Source of the DNA: Planctomycetaceae bacterium
GTDB lineage: Bacteria > Planctomycetota > Planctomycetia > Pirellulales > Thermoguttaceae
DNA length: 54,587 nucleotides
Assembly: GCA_031283515.1 (NCBI GenBank)
Contig: JAITBS010000077.1
Location: forward strand, 1 to 54,587
Reading direction: 5' to 3'
Made by a program: the position numbers and the translations under genes. Shown one piece after another: positions 44,518-54,587 of the stretch. The notes below the pieces were generated by a model. That model was given only the letters and a program-made list of their open reading frames with translations. It was not told the DNA's origin and did no database searches. Position 1 is the stretch's first letter. Each line of letters starts with the position of its first letter.

Positions 44518-47500
44518 ATGACATTGCATCCCATTCAGATTATCGGGCATTTTTTTTCTGTTTTGGTTCTCTCTACCATAATCCTGACAAATTCTCTATC
44601 AGGAGAAGAAACACATGGTGAATATGCCTTTTACACTTCGCCGGAAGGAACAAGTTATGTGGCAGTTGGATTGCGGGGAGTTCCGATTCCAAGTACGGCA
44701 ATCACCGAAGTTGTGTTTCTCGTCGATACCTCCGCAAGTCAAGCCGGTCAGACTCGGAATGATACGTTGGCAACTCTTCACGAAACCATTAAAAATCTTC
44801 CGGCAAATGCGCAAATTCAAATTCTGGCAATGGATGTGGAAACAGAATCACTCACCACCGGTTTTGTAACCAACGGCTCGCCGGAACTCAATAACGCTTT
44901 GGCAAAATTACAACGCCGTGTCCCTCTCGGAGCAACCGATATCGGTAAAGGTCTCGAAATTGCCCAAAAAACCTTCGCCAGTCGTAGTATCGATTCACGA
45001 CGCGCCGTTGTTTATTTCGGCAACGGTCGGAGTATGGCAAAAACAGTGGATATTGCCCTGTTTGAAAAGGAAGTTAATGATTATGTTGCGGAAAGAATTC
45101 CGTTTACCGCATGCGCTGTTGGAGTGGGAACCAATCTTGGTCTTATTGGAGCTTTCACCAATCAGACCGGCGGTAATCTTATTGATATGAACACCCAAAT
45201 TCAAACCGGAAAAGATTTAGCTGTTGAACAGGCAGAAGCAAACAAAGCAAAATTTGTCGATTTACCAAAATTCCCGCAAATCATCGGAAAACAAATTGCC
45301 GACTCGGTTGGTGCAACGATTGTTTGGCCCTACCAGGATTCTTACGCATTTCCTGAAGAATGGGAAATTTATCCCAAAACGCTTCAACCAATTCGCAGTG
45401 ATCGTGAGACAATTCTCGTCGGAAGAACCAACGCCGAAAAACTCACCTCTTTCACCCTCAAACTCAAAGGCGCAACTCCCGGAAATGAAATGGATCTGGC
45501 ATGGAATTTTGTACCGAATCAAGAACCCGGAGCCGCTTCCGGTAACAATTTTCTTGTTACCGTTTTGGAACTTGCCGCAAAAGACAACGGTTTGACAATG
45601 CCTATTGTTGGTTGGGATTCATTGGCGACAATTCGTGACGGTTTTATTGTTAATATTACCGACCAAATTAATAAAGCCGATGCTGCAATTAAAACAGGGA
45701 ACCGTAATCAGGCAATGACCATTTTGAACAATGTATTGCGTCTCGATCCGAAAAATAAAACCGCCGAACGGCTTTACAAAACCGCTGAAAAATGTGTTGA
45801 AGGTGAACCGCTGAAAATTGAGGACGACGAAAATACCAATAATGCTGATTCACAAAAAAATTCATTCCGCAGAACACGTTTTGAAGAACAAACGGAACTT
45901 GGCGAAAAAAGCGGAGATATTGATGTAAATACCAGCTCCTCCGAAGTGCGTCCCACTCCTCAGTTGGTCGATGCGGTAACTCAAGAGCAAAATATTGTTT
46001 CGCAAAAAGTGATGAATGAAGTCCGGCAAACGATTAATGACGCAGCCTTGCGGATGAACAAAGATCCGGAAGGTGCTCTTCAAAATCTTAAATTGACGGC
46101 GTCGATGGTTCGTGATAACACCTCTCTCAATTCTGATGAACGCAATTTGGCATTGGATCGGATTGGTAATACGATTCGTCAGGTACAGCATGTTCAATAC
46201 ATTGAGGAATTTCGACGTATTCAGGCTGATACGAATGACGCTGCCAAACGTGATCGGCTTCAATCACTTCATGATCTTCAGGAATCACGGGTTAAAGCGG
46301 TACAGATATTCAACCGTTTTGCGTCTTTAATGGAAGCCAAAGAATACAAGGTTGCGACAACAGTTGCTGAAGTTGCTATGGAGATGATTCCCGATAGCAC
46401 AACACCATTTGCCGCTCAACGTTTGGCGGAAATGGCAAGTTATATTGTTGAATACAATGAATTACGGCATCGCCGTCATGTCGGGTTTGTGGAATCACTG
46501 ATGGAAGCGGAACGATCTTTTATTCCCATTCCTGAAGAACCGCCGCTCACTTATATTGAACCGGAACGCTGGCTTATCCTGACCCAACGCCGAAGAGAAC
46601 GCTACGCCGTTTCCGACCTTTCACAGACCAATGCAACGGAAAAGAAAATCAGTAAAGCTCTCGAAAAGAATATGGATTTAGACCTCGACGAAAATACAAC
46701 CTTCGAAGATTTATTCAATATGATTAAGGATAAAAATCCCGGAATCAATATTGCGATTGATCCCAAAGGTGCCGGAGCATTGGGAATCACTTCCAGTTCG
46801 CCCGTTGTTCGTGAACCGATGAAATACAACGGAATCAAATTACGCAGTATTTTACGAATCATTCTTAGTGAACAAGATTTAACTTATTGTATTAAGAATG
46901 AAGTTTTGCTGATTACTTCCGAAGAAGAAGCGAAAAAATATATGTCGGTCAAAGTTTATCCGATGGCTGATCTTGTGGTTGATCCGGCGCCGATTTCCGG
47001 CGGCATGGGCGGAATGATGGGCGGCATGGGCGGCATGATGAATGGCGGCGGTATGAGCGGCAGTGGCGGCGGAATGAGTGGTATGAGCGGCATGGGCGGC
47101 GGCATGGGCGGAATGGGAGGAGGTATGGGAGGCGGCGGAATGGGCGGAGGAATGTGGTCGATTCCCGACGAAGTTCGTAAAGATGTTCCCGCCAAAGCAA
47201 AACAAATTATTACCAACGCTAAATCCGCAACAAATTTAACGGAATTTTGGGATACGTTTTTTTCCGCCAACAATACAGATCAAGTTCTGATTAAAGAAAT
47301 CGGATATCGTTTACTTGACGAGATGAAAGCCCAAAAACCGGTTGAAGATCAAGTGGTCGCTTTTGTTGAATCGGCTATTCTCAATGACGCAAGACAATCT
47401 TGGATGTATGAAGCTCTTGCCATTACGCTTTACCGAAAAGGTGCTCCAATACAAGAAGTAGAACGAGCCGTATTATCCGCAGCGGATTTTTGTGAGAACC

Positions 47501-48699
47501 CGATTGATTTGATGAATGTCGGCTTTTTTATGCGAACGCTCGGTATGAAACAAAAAGCCTTTCCGTTATACAAACAGGCTCTCGAAGTAATGGTTCCGAA
47601 ACAGGAATTTTATTCGGCAACACTTCGTTTGGGACAAGAATTATATGACGAATTTCAAGAAGAAACATCGCTCCGTTGGATTGCTTTAGCCATCCTTGCT
47701 CAGGAATGGGATAATAATTCAGGTAAGAAAATGGCAGAGAGTGCTCTCAATTCGCTTCAGAATCTCGAAGCCAAAATGCAAAAAAACGGACGTAAAGAAG
47801 AAGCAACCCAATTAGCTGCCGAAATTCGGGAAGCCGGATTGCGGGATTGTGTTGTAACAATTGAGTGGACAGGGAATGCCGGACTTGATCTTATGGTTCG
47901 TGAACCGACCGATGCGTATTGTTGGTTCGCCAATCCCCGAACTCTCTCCGGCGGTATTCTCAAAACAATACCAGTTACAGAATCAGGCGAAATAATCACC
48001 GGAACTTTGACCGAACAATCCGGTGTCAAAAAAATCTCCTATGTTTGTCCGAAAGGTTTTAATGGAAGATACGCGGTTGTTCTTCGAAAAGATTGGGGCG
48101 AATTGACTAATAATATGGTTAAAATTGCCGTTGAAACCAATATTGTTCCCAATGAAAAAAGACGTGAAGGAACGGCTTTTCAAATGAAACAGGAAGGAAT
48201 TATTGTTTGTTTCGATTTGGAAACCGGTCGCCGTACCGAATCGTTGGAAGAAGGCATACTTGATGTCGCTTCACTTAGAATGAGTGTTGCCCAACAACAA
48301 ATGGTTCGCAATAACGCCCTGAAACGTTTAGCCGATGATGGTGTTTTAGGGCAAATTGTCGGCGGTTCGGGCGGAAGTAACGAATTTGGTTATAATCCGC
48401 TCACTTCAGGTAGTGGTTCCTCACGCAATTATTATCCGTACAATTTTGGTCCTAGTGCTGTTGGTTACCGACCGGTAATCACGACATTGCCGCAAGGAGC
48501 GATGTTGATGTCGAATGCTGTTGTTTCTGCGGATCGCCGTTATGTTCGGATTTCTCCTTCTCCGCAGTTCACAGATATTCGTAGCGTTTTTAAGTACAAT
48601 ATCGCCGGCGGTGATACGGAAGATATGACTAATATGACGGGTAGCGGTAGCGGTAGTGGTAGTGGTATGGGAAGCGGTATGGGAAGCGGCGGATACTAG
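44518..48699 (+). CDS. Large secreted vWA-domain protein with helical-repeat regions and Gly/Met-rich low-complexity segments
   Basis: 1393-aa ORF with an N-terminal hydrophobic segment. MIDAS-type DTSAS in VVFLVDTSASQ. Gly/Met-rich tract at 46997-47155. Confidence 0.85.
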   Translation: MTLHPIQIIGHFFSVLVLSTIILTNSLSGEETHGEYAFYTSPEGTSYVAVGLRGVPIPSTAITEVVFLVDTSASQAGQTRNDTLATLHETIKNLPANAQIQILAMDVETESLTTGFVTNGSPELNNALAKLQRRVPLGATDIGKGLEIAQKTFASRSIDSRRAVVYFGNGRSMAKTVDIALFEKEVNDYVAERIPFTACAVGVGTNLGLIGAFTNQTGGNLIDMNTQIQTGKDLAVEQAEANKAKFVDLPKFPQIIGKQIADSVGATIVWPYQDSYAFPEEWEIYPKTLQPIRSDRETILVGRTNAEKLTSFTLKLKGATPGNEMDLAWNFVPNQEPGAASGNNFLVTVLELAAKDNGLTMPIVGWDSLATIRDGFIVNITDQINKADAAIKTGNRNQAMTILNNVLRLDPKNKTAERLYKTAEKCVEGEPLKIEDDENTNNADSQKNSFRRTRFEEQTELGEKSGDIDVNTSSSEVRPTPQLVDAVTQEQNIVSQKVMNEVRQTINDAALRMNKDPEGALQNLKLTASMVRDNTSLNSDERNLALDRIGNTIRQVQHVQYIEEFRRIQADTNDAAKRDRLQSLHDLQESRVKAVQIFNRFASLMEAKEYKVATTVAEVAMEMIPDSTTPFAAQRLAEMASYIVEYNELRHRRHVGFVESLMEAERSFIPIPEEPPLTYIEPERWLILTQRRRERYAVSDLSQTNATEKKISKALEKNMDLDLDENTTFEDLFNMIKDKNPGINIAIDPKGAGALGITSSSPVVREPMKYNGIKLRSILRIILSEQDLTYCIKNEVLLITSEEEAKKYMSVKVYPMADLVVDPAPISGGMGGMMGGMGGMMNGGGMSGSGGGMSGMSGMGGGMGGMGGGMGGGGMGGGMWSIPDEVRKDVPAKAKQIITNAKSATNLTEFWDTFFSANNTDQVLIKEIGYRLLDEMKAQKPVEDQVVAFVESAILNDARQSWMYEALAITLYRKGAPIQEVERAVLSAADFCENPIDLMNVGFFMRTLGMKQKAFPLYKQALEVMVPKQEFYSATLRLGQELYDEFQEETSLRWIALAILAQEWDNNSGKKMAESALNSLQNLEAKMQKNGRKEEATQLAAEIREAGLRDCVVTIEWTGNAGLDLMVREPTDAYCWFANPRTLSGGILKTIPVTESGEIITGTLTEQSGVKKISYVCPKGFNGRYAVVLRKDWGELTNNMVKIAVETNIVPNEKRREGTAFQMKQEGIIVCFDLETGRRTESLEEGILDVASLRMSVAQQQMVRNNALKRLADDGVLGQIVGGSGGSNEFGYNPLTSGSGSSRNYYPYNFGPSAVGYRPVITTLPQGAMLMSNAVVSADRRYVRISPSPQFTDIRSVFKYNIAGGDTEDMTNMTGSGSGSGSGMGSGMGSGGY

Positions 48700-48713
48700 G
48701 AACAAGAAAAGTA

Positions 48714-49676
48714 ATGCATATAGCGAATCCGATTTACGATGTTGTCTTCAAATTCATGATGGAAGACGAAAAGGTTGCGAAATCTTTTCTTTCGGCAATC
48801 ATCGAAGAAGAAGTGTTGGAACTGAATTTTTCGGCACAGGAACATACCTTTCGCCGTCCCTTCAATAATCCAACCAGCGAGGAAACGGTTGAAAAATTGT
48901 TTCTCACCGTTTGCCGTTTTGATTTTGCCGCTCAAATAGCAGATTCTGACGGCGGAGTCAAAACGGTGATGATCGAGTTACAAAAAGCGAAACTTTCCAC
49001 AGACATTATGCGTTTCCGTCGTTATCTTGGCGTGCATTACCAAAATCCGAACAATACTTACGGCAGTGAAGAACACAAAAAAGCTTGTCCTATTTACGGT
49101 ATTTTTCTATTGGGTTATGACATTGGTATTCACGGTTGTCCCATTATCCAAGTCGATCACAGTATTAAAGACGGCACGACGAAACAAAAATTGGAGATAA
49201 CAAACGAGTTTATCCAAAGTCTTCATCATCGATCATGGATTATTCAGATCGACCAGCTCAAGCAACGCCACCGCAACGATGCCGAAAAACTATTGAGCAT
49301 CTTTGATCAGGATAACCGTACATCCAATCATCATATCCTGAATGTGGACGAAGATGAATTTCCGGAAATTTATCGTCCTATTATTCGCCGTCTTCGCATG
49401 GCTTCTGAAAGTGAGGATATTCAGGTCGAAATGGAAATGGAAGACGATTTCATGAAAGACCTTCAAGATAAGGAACGGCTTATCGCGAAACAAAACAAAG
49501 TACTTGAAGAAAAAGTTAAAACGATTGAAGACCAAGACAAAGCACTTAAAGAAAAAGACAAAGCACTTGAAGAAAAAGATAAAGCACTTGAAGAAAAAGA
49601 TAAAGCACTTGAAGAAAAAAATAAATTCATTGAAGAATTGAAGAAACAATTGGCAACCCCTCAAAAAAAGAACTAA
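48714..49676 (+). CDS. PD-(D/E)XK nuclease-family putative transposase (Rpn-related, PDDEXK_2-like) with a repeat-containing C-terminal helix
   Basis: N-terminal NPIYDVVFKFMMEDEKVAKSFLSAII..., VMIELQK. C-terminal KALEEKD heptad repeats. Confidence 0.8.
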   Translation: MHIANPIYDVVFKFMMEDEKVAKSFLSAIIEEEVLELNFSAQEHTFRRPFNNPTSEETVEKLFLTVCRFDFAAQIADSDGGVKTVMIELQKAKLSTDIMRFRRYLGVHYQNPNNTYGSEEHKKACPIYGIFLLGYDIGIHGCPIIQVDHSIKDGTTKQKLEITNEFIQSLHHRSWIIQIDQLKQRHRNDAEKLLSIFDQDNRTSNHHILNVDEDEFPEIYRPIIRRLRMASESEDIQVEMEMEDDFMKDLQDKERLIAKQNKVLEEKVKTIEDQDKALKEKDKALEEKDKALEEKDKALEEKNKFIEELKKQLATPQKKN

Positions 49677-49847
49677 TAGGAATTTTTGTAATTATTCAGT
49701 GGAATTTTCACAGCGATTCGGAATTTTTTAAATCACTTATTTTTTAACAAAACAACATTCCGTAATCAAAAGACAAATCAAATTATTACATTATTCGTTA
49801 ACACTTTCCCTCAAGAAGTTTCCCATAAACAATGTGAGATTCGAGTT

Positions 49848-50774
49848 TTGAACGAGAAAACAAGTTTTACAGTGCCTCAGTACACGGATGAATTATGTTG
49901 CGTTATTAATACGGCACTTGATGAGGCAACGCAATTCGATGTCGATTGTCCGGTTCGGCTTCGCGAGGCGATTCGGTACAGTCTTCTGGCTTCCGGCAAA
50001 CGGCTTCGACCAATCTTGGTACTTACTGCTTGCGAACTCTGCGGCGGTGATCGGCAAAAAGCAATTCCGGCAGCATGTGCAGTTGAAATGATTCATGCGT
50101 ATTCGTTAATTCATGACGATTTACCGGCAATAGACAACGATGATTTACGGCGCGGTTTACCAACATGTCATAAAAAATTTGATGAACCCACAGCAATTCT
50201 TGCCGGTGATGCATTACTGGCGTTGTCGTTTGAGATGCTTGGTAACTTGACTCCGCTGGAACTTGCGGGGCGATGTTGTAAGGAATTAGCGGTTGCGGCA
50301 GGTCCATGCCGGTTGGTTGGCGGTCAGATGGACGACATTTACAGTAGCAATAATTCCATAGAATCCGGCAGCATTCAAATTATTGAACATATTCACCGCC
50401 GTAAAACAGGTGCCCTAATTCGAACATCACTTCGGTTGGGTTGTCTCCTTGCCGGAGCCTCTGAAAAACAACAGATTGCTCTGGATGAATTTGGAACTTA
50501 TTTCGGTTTGGCGTTTCAGATTACGGACGATTTATTGGATGTTCTCGGTAATGAACAAACTGTTGGTAAACGTCTTCGCAAAGATACAGAAAATGATAAA
50601 TGGTCTTATCCGCGGTTTCTTGGAGTTGACGGAGCCAAACGTGAAGCTGAACAAACCCTCAAACTCGCCGAACATTCGCTCGAATATTTTCGAAATAATA
50701 ATCCTGCACAAAACAATATCCCGCTCCAAACTCTCGACAATATGGTAAAACATCTTGCCTTACGCGAAAAATAA
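49848..50774 (+). CDS. Polyprenyl diphosphate synthase (FPP/GGPP synthase family)
   Basis: First Asp-rich motif IHDDLPAIDNDDLRRG, second motif FQITDDLLD. TTG start, so the start is uncertain. Confidence 0.9.
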   Translation: MNEKTSFTVPQYTDELCCVINTALDEATQFDVDCPVRLREAIRYSLLASGKRLRPILVLTACELCGGDRQKAIPAACAVEMIHAYSLIHDDLPAIDNDDLRRGLPTCHKKFDEPTAILAGDALLALSFEMLGNLTPLELAGRCCKELAVAAGPCRLVGGQMDDIYSSNNSIESGSIQIIEHIHRRKTGALIRTSLRLGCLLAGASEKQQIALDEFGTYFGLAFQITDDLLDVLGNEQTVGKRLRKDTENDKWSYPRFLGVDGAKREAEQTLKLAEHSLEYFRNNNPAQNNIPLQTLDNMVKHLALREK

Positions 50775-50789
50775 AATAGACCGTTACAT

Positions 50790-52619
50790 TTATCCATGAC
50801 GTGAGGTTTGCCATTGATTTTGGCGGAACCGGAAAGTAATCCAGAATACAATCCATGTTACGGTTATAAGACTGGAAAAATGAATTTGTTCTCCATAGTA
50901 TATTGTTTGATTGGGATATTCACGGATTTTGAGTTCAAGTAGGAACAGTGCCGGTCGTGAATAGCAAAAGAACGACGCCCACCGGAATACTTCAACTGCC
51001 GGTTTGAGTTCCCAATCAGGCGGTAATGGCTCTTCCATTTCCGTCATTTTTGTTTCTGTTATCATTACCGGAATAATTCGTTCCGGTAAATCGAAAGAAT
51101 CTGCGGAATTACCCGCCGCAACAGTACTGAGCAGAATCTGCGGCATGATGAACAACGGCACCAGCGCAACCGCAACACTTTCTGTGGACACAAGACTCGA
51201 AATAAGCAACCCAAGCCCAACTCCCGCTCCGTAACAACCAAATAAAACACAAGGTAATATCAAACCATCTAACAACAACATTTTTTCATTCAGCGATTCA
51301 AGACAAAAAACACGACAACACCAATCAAGCGTTTGCCAAAGCAAACCGATTTGAATAAAACCCAGCAGGAAATAAAACAACATTTTCCCGAACAAAAAAT
51401 TATTTGTACTGAGACCGGATAAATGTTCCCGAACAAACCATTTTCGTTCACTAACAATTCCCCGAACCGAATTATTCATTCCGAACCAAAGTGAAACAAT
51501 AATAGCAAAAAAAAGTAAGGGATAAATATTACTTTCATTTTGCTGACTCAAAACAATTAGAAAACCAAGAATAAGCGGAAGAAATAGAGTTGAAATCAGT
51601 AAAAAACGGTCTTTTCCAAAAAGACGCAGATTACGTTCAAATACATCAAATATTTGACGTATCAAGGGAAATCCGATCATTATATTATCTGCAACATGAA
51701 ATAGAAAACAAAAAACGAAACGATATAGAAAACAAAAAATCAGACTCAAAACATGTCCCGCTGGACGAAGTGTTTCCCAAAAATTTTCCCATAGAAATCT
51801 AAATGGATTATTCTGTTCGGAGGTTTCTTCTTTTGTGTTCCAATAATAAATATCGAAATCCGCTTCGAGTTTTTCAAAAAATTCCGCGTAATCTTCATTT
51901 TTTTCGTACATTTTTTGGAGTAATTGTTCCGTCGGAAGAAAGTCGAGTAGTTTTCCGCATTCTGTTTCCTGACCGACAAGTTTGATTTTGTCGATAACTG
52001 CTACTTTATCGAAGAGTCGGATATTTTCCATGACATGTGTTGAACAGATGACGGTTGTTCCTGATTCTGCGATTCCTTTGAGTAACAACATCAATTTTCG
52101 TTCCATTGCGGGATCAAGTCCGGAAGACGGTTCGTCGAGAATGAGCAAACGCGGATTACCCGGCAACACCGCTGCAATTCCTGCACGTTTACATTGACCG
52201 CCGCTAAGTTTGAAAATCTGTTTGTCTTGATGCTCTTTCAATCCGACTCGATGTAACGATAAATTAATGTAATCCGAAATATCCTGAGCCGAACATCGCG
52301 GAAGTAAAAGTCTTGCAGCATACCAAATGTTTTCACGAACCGTCAAGGTCGGATATAACGTGTTGTATTGTGGAACATATCGAAACATTTTTTTGTATTC
52401 TTCAATATGTTCGGCAATATCATGATTACCGTCAAAAAGTATCCGACCGGAAGACGGTAATCCTGTTAATGACAGAATTTCAATTAACGTACTCTTTCCC
52501 GAACCGCTCGGACCAAGAATACCAATAAATTCGTTTCGCCCAACCGTAAACGAAATATCTTTAAGTATTTGCCGTTGTTCACGAATAACATTAATGTTTT
52601 CAATTTGTAAGTTCAACAT
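50790..52619 (-). CDS. Fused ABC transporter: N-terminal ATPase plus C-terminal ABC-2-type permease
   Basis: Walker A GPSGSGKST, signature LSGGQCKR, Walker B LLILDEPSSGLD, followed by about 6 predicted TM segments. Start moved to the ATG (MLNLQIENI). Confidence 0.85.
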   Translation of the reverse strand: MLNLQIENINVIREQRQILKDISFTVGRNEFIGILGPSGSGKSTLIEILSLTGLPSSGRILFDGNHDIAEHIEEYKKMFRYVPQYNTLYPTLTVRENIWYAARLLLPRCSAQDISDYINLSLHRVGLKEHQDKQIFKLSGGQCKRAGIAAVLPGNPRLLILDEPSSGLDPAMERKLMLLLKGIAESGTTVICSTHVMENIRLFDKVAVIDKIKLVGQETECGKLLDFLPTEQLLQKMYEKNEDYAEFFEKLEADFDIYYWNTKEETSEQNNPFRFLWENFWETLRPAGHVLSLIFCFLYRFVFCFLFHVADNIMIGFPLIRQIFDVFERNLRLFGKDRFLLISTLFLPLILGFLIVLSQQNESNIYPLLFFAIIVSLWFGMNNSVRGIVSERKWFVREHLSGLSTNNFLFGKMLFYFLLGFIQIGLLWQTLDWCCRVFCLESLNEKMLLLDGLILPCVLFGCYGAGVGLGLLISSLVSTESVAVALVPLFIMPQILLSTVAAGNSADSFDLPERIIPVMITETKMTEMEEPLPPDWELKPAVEVFRWASFFCYSRPALFLLELKIREYPNQTIYYGEQIHFSSLITVTWIVFWITFRFRQNQWQTSRHG

Positions 52620-52825
52620 TGTCGTTACTTTCTGTTTCAATTTCAGATAGATGTTGTTGATTTTCGGATTGGTTATAAATTTACAATAATGATTCAGTAA
52701 TATTTCAGTGGAATTTCCATAGATCATTGATTTATAACCGGTTTTGAAGTTGAAATCAAGATGCGGCGATCTTTCGCTGAAAGGTCATCTAAGTGGTATG
52801 ATGTAACTGTTTATTTTATTAACAG

Positions 52826-52977
52826 AGTCCGCAGATTAGGCAGATTTTTTAAAACGTTTATTGAAATTGAATATAATCCCAGTCTTCAGTTTATTCTCTT
52901 TTCGTAGTTTTGTTATTTTTTCTGTTTCGTGATTCTCAAAAAAATAATCTCTCAAAATCTGCGTAATCTGCGGACTA
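52826..52977. repeat. Inverted pair of TCCGCAGAT-family repeats flanking ~105 bp
   Basis: AGTCCGCAGATTAGGCAGATTTT (52826-48) against AAAATCTGCGTAATCTGCGGACT (52955-77). Confidence 0.75.
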
Positions 52978-53226
52978 AAAATCTGCAATTTCTGCCGAGA
53001 TATTATTCGGTTTATCTGTTTTTTAATTTTGAATTTGGTGTACAAAGGTGAAATTCTACATTTTTGTATGGTTTTTCTTTTAAAAACAGAAATGTAATTT
53101 TTAATGAATTTTGATATTGTTCTATGAAACTCATTTTAACTAAATTCTAACATATTTCGTACATTTTGGTAGGAATTTTGATTAAAATGTTCTTTTTTTG
53201 CCTTTTTTTCTATGATAGGAATTGTT

Positions 53227-53242
53227 TGGCACATTTAATGCA
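53227..53242 (+). promoter_or_regulatory. Sigma-54 (-24/-12) type promoter TGGCAC-N6-TGCA upstream of nifH
   Basis: TGGCACATTTAATGCA. The GG and GC elements have exactly the consensus spacing (TGGCACG-N4-TTGCW). It lies about 75 nt upstream of the nifH ATG in a very AT-rich region. Confidence 0.6.
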
Positions 53243-53272
53243 ATGTATTGATTTTCATGTTATTGATTATGA

Positions 53273-54139
<867 letters not shown>

Positions 54140-54203
54140 AAACGCAAGTGTAATTGTTCAAAAAAAATTTTTAGTTATAATAAAAATTTGGAAAATTTGT
54201 AAC

Positions 54204-54437
54204 ATGCCAAGAAATCATTCATTACTTAAAAAGATTACCGAAACTATTTTTGGTAACACAATTAACAAAACGCCAAAACTAAGAATGTTTCATAAACGAA
54301 TACTCAGTTTTGAATCGTTGGAGAACCGTGAACTTCTTTCTGTTACATCTTATTTTAATAATGATGGTACGATTAACAAAACGGATTATGAAGCACGACA
54401 TGGTGTGTTTGTAATTGTAACAATCCGTTTTATTTAA
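54204..54437 (+). CDS. Short ORF with a planctomycete-type N-terminal ...FESLENRELLS motif, possibly truncated
   Basis: ATG-initiated, 77 codons. The motif is normally found at the N-terminus of very large secreted proteins, so this may be a fragment. Confidence 0.3.
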   Translation: MPRNHSLLKKITETIFGNTINKTPKLRMFHKRILSFESLENRELLSVTSYFNNDGTINKTDYEARHGVFVIVTIRFI

Positions 54438-54587
54438 GTATGAATCCGCCATATAATACACCAATTGTAGGATCAGATGATACTGGACGTACTGGTTTTG
54501 GTAATCACGCATTTACATGCTTGGTAACGATGTTTTTGATGCTTGTGCTCTTACCATTGGTGTATCGTTTAATAATTACCTTACAAC

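Noticed and set aside
46879-47273. Three antisense ORFs (Pro/His/Ala-rich, 83-108 aa) opposite the Gly/Met-rich tract
   Set aside because: They are complement-strand artefacts of GGC/ATG-rich repeats inside a long, well-supported 1393-aa ORF.
52836-53045. 69-aa minus-strand ORF
   Set aside because: It lies within the TCCGCAGAT inverted-repeat element and AT-rich spacer. The peptide is Lys/Ile/Phe-rich low complexity, and there is no start context.
53118-53133. NifA upstream activator sequence
   Set aside because: Only TGT-N10-TCA is present. No exact TGT-N10-ACA occurs in the 200 bp upstream of the sigma-54-like promoter.

Overview
This 54.6-kb chromosomal segment looks planctomycetal. The signs are a prepilin-type DUF1559 protein, an N-terminal ...SLENRELLS motif, a fused SecDF, a Ser/Thr kinase and flagellar L/P-ring genes. 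Taxon and GC content are judged by eye only, with nothing computed or searched.

Coding content is mostly housekeeping:
- a large secreted glycoside-hydrolase-like protein and two ROK sugar kinases
- rsgA, and rpsP-trmD-rplS without rimM
- yajC-secDF, aroA, two tandem tatA paralogues, larC, argB, rpsR and cinA
- a Ser/Thr kinase and an O-methyltransferase
- the flagellar block flgG-flgA-flgH-flgI plus a rod-binding flgJ-like gene
- a DUF1559 pseudopilin-like protein and a 1393-aa vWA protein with a Gly/Met-rich segment
- a polyprenyl synthase, a fused NBD-TMD ABC transporter, and a lone nifH behind a sigma-54-type promoter

No tRNA, rRNA or CRISPR array was recognised.

The most unusual signals are:
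1. An Rpn-family PD-(D/E)XK nuclease gene whose C-terminal module is repeated twice more downstream as free-standing ORFs. Each copy has its own Shine-Dalgarno sequence. The copies differ in the number of a 12-bp (4-aa) repeat (2, 7 and 1). This resembles the RpnL/RpnS gene-within-gene toxin-antitoxin idea, with extra antitoxin-like cassettes.
2. A perfectly phased array of 33 x 21-bp units (30688-31380). Each unit has an A-tract, a near-palindrome and TTGACA, and the array is flanked by other tandem repeats.
3. Three abundant intergenic repeat families that fill most intergenic spacers. One is a long palindrome built from AGTNNNN heptamer arrays around a GCAAGCGGA...TCCGCTTGC core. One is a set of MITE-like mosaics bounded by GTAATCTATCAGTGGAAT termini. 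One is a TCCGCAGAT-type inverted-repeat family.

Functional interpretations of the non-coding features are hypotheses.
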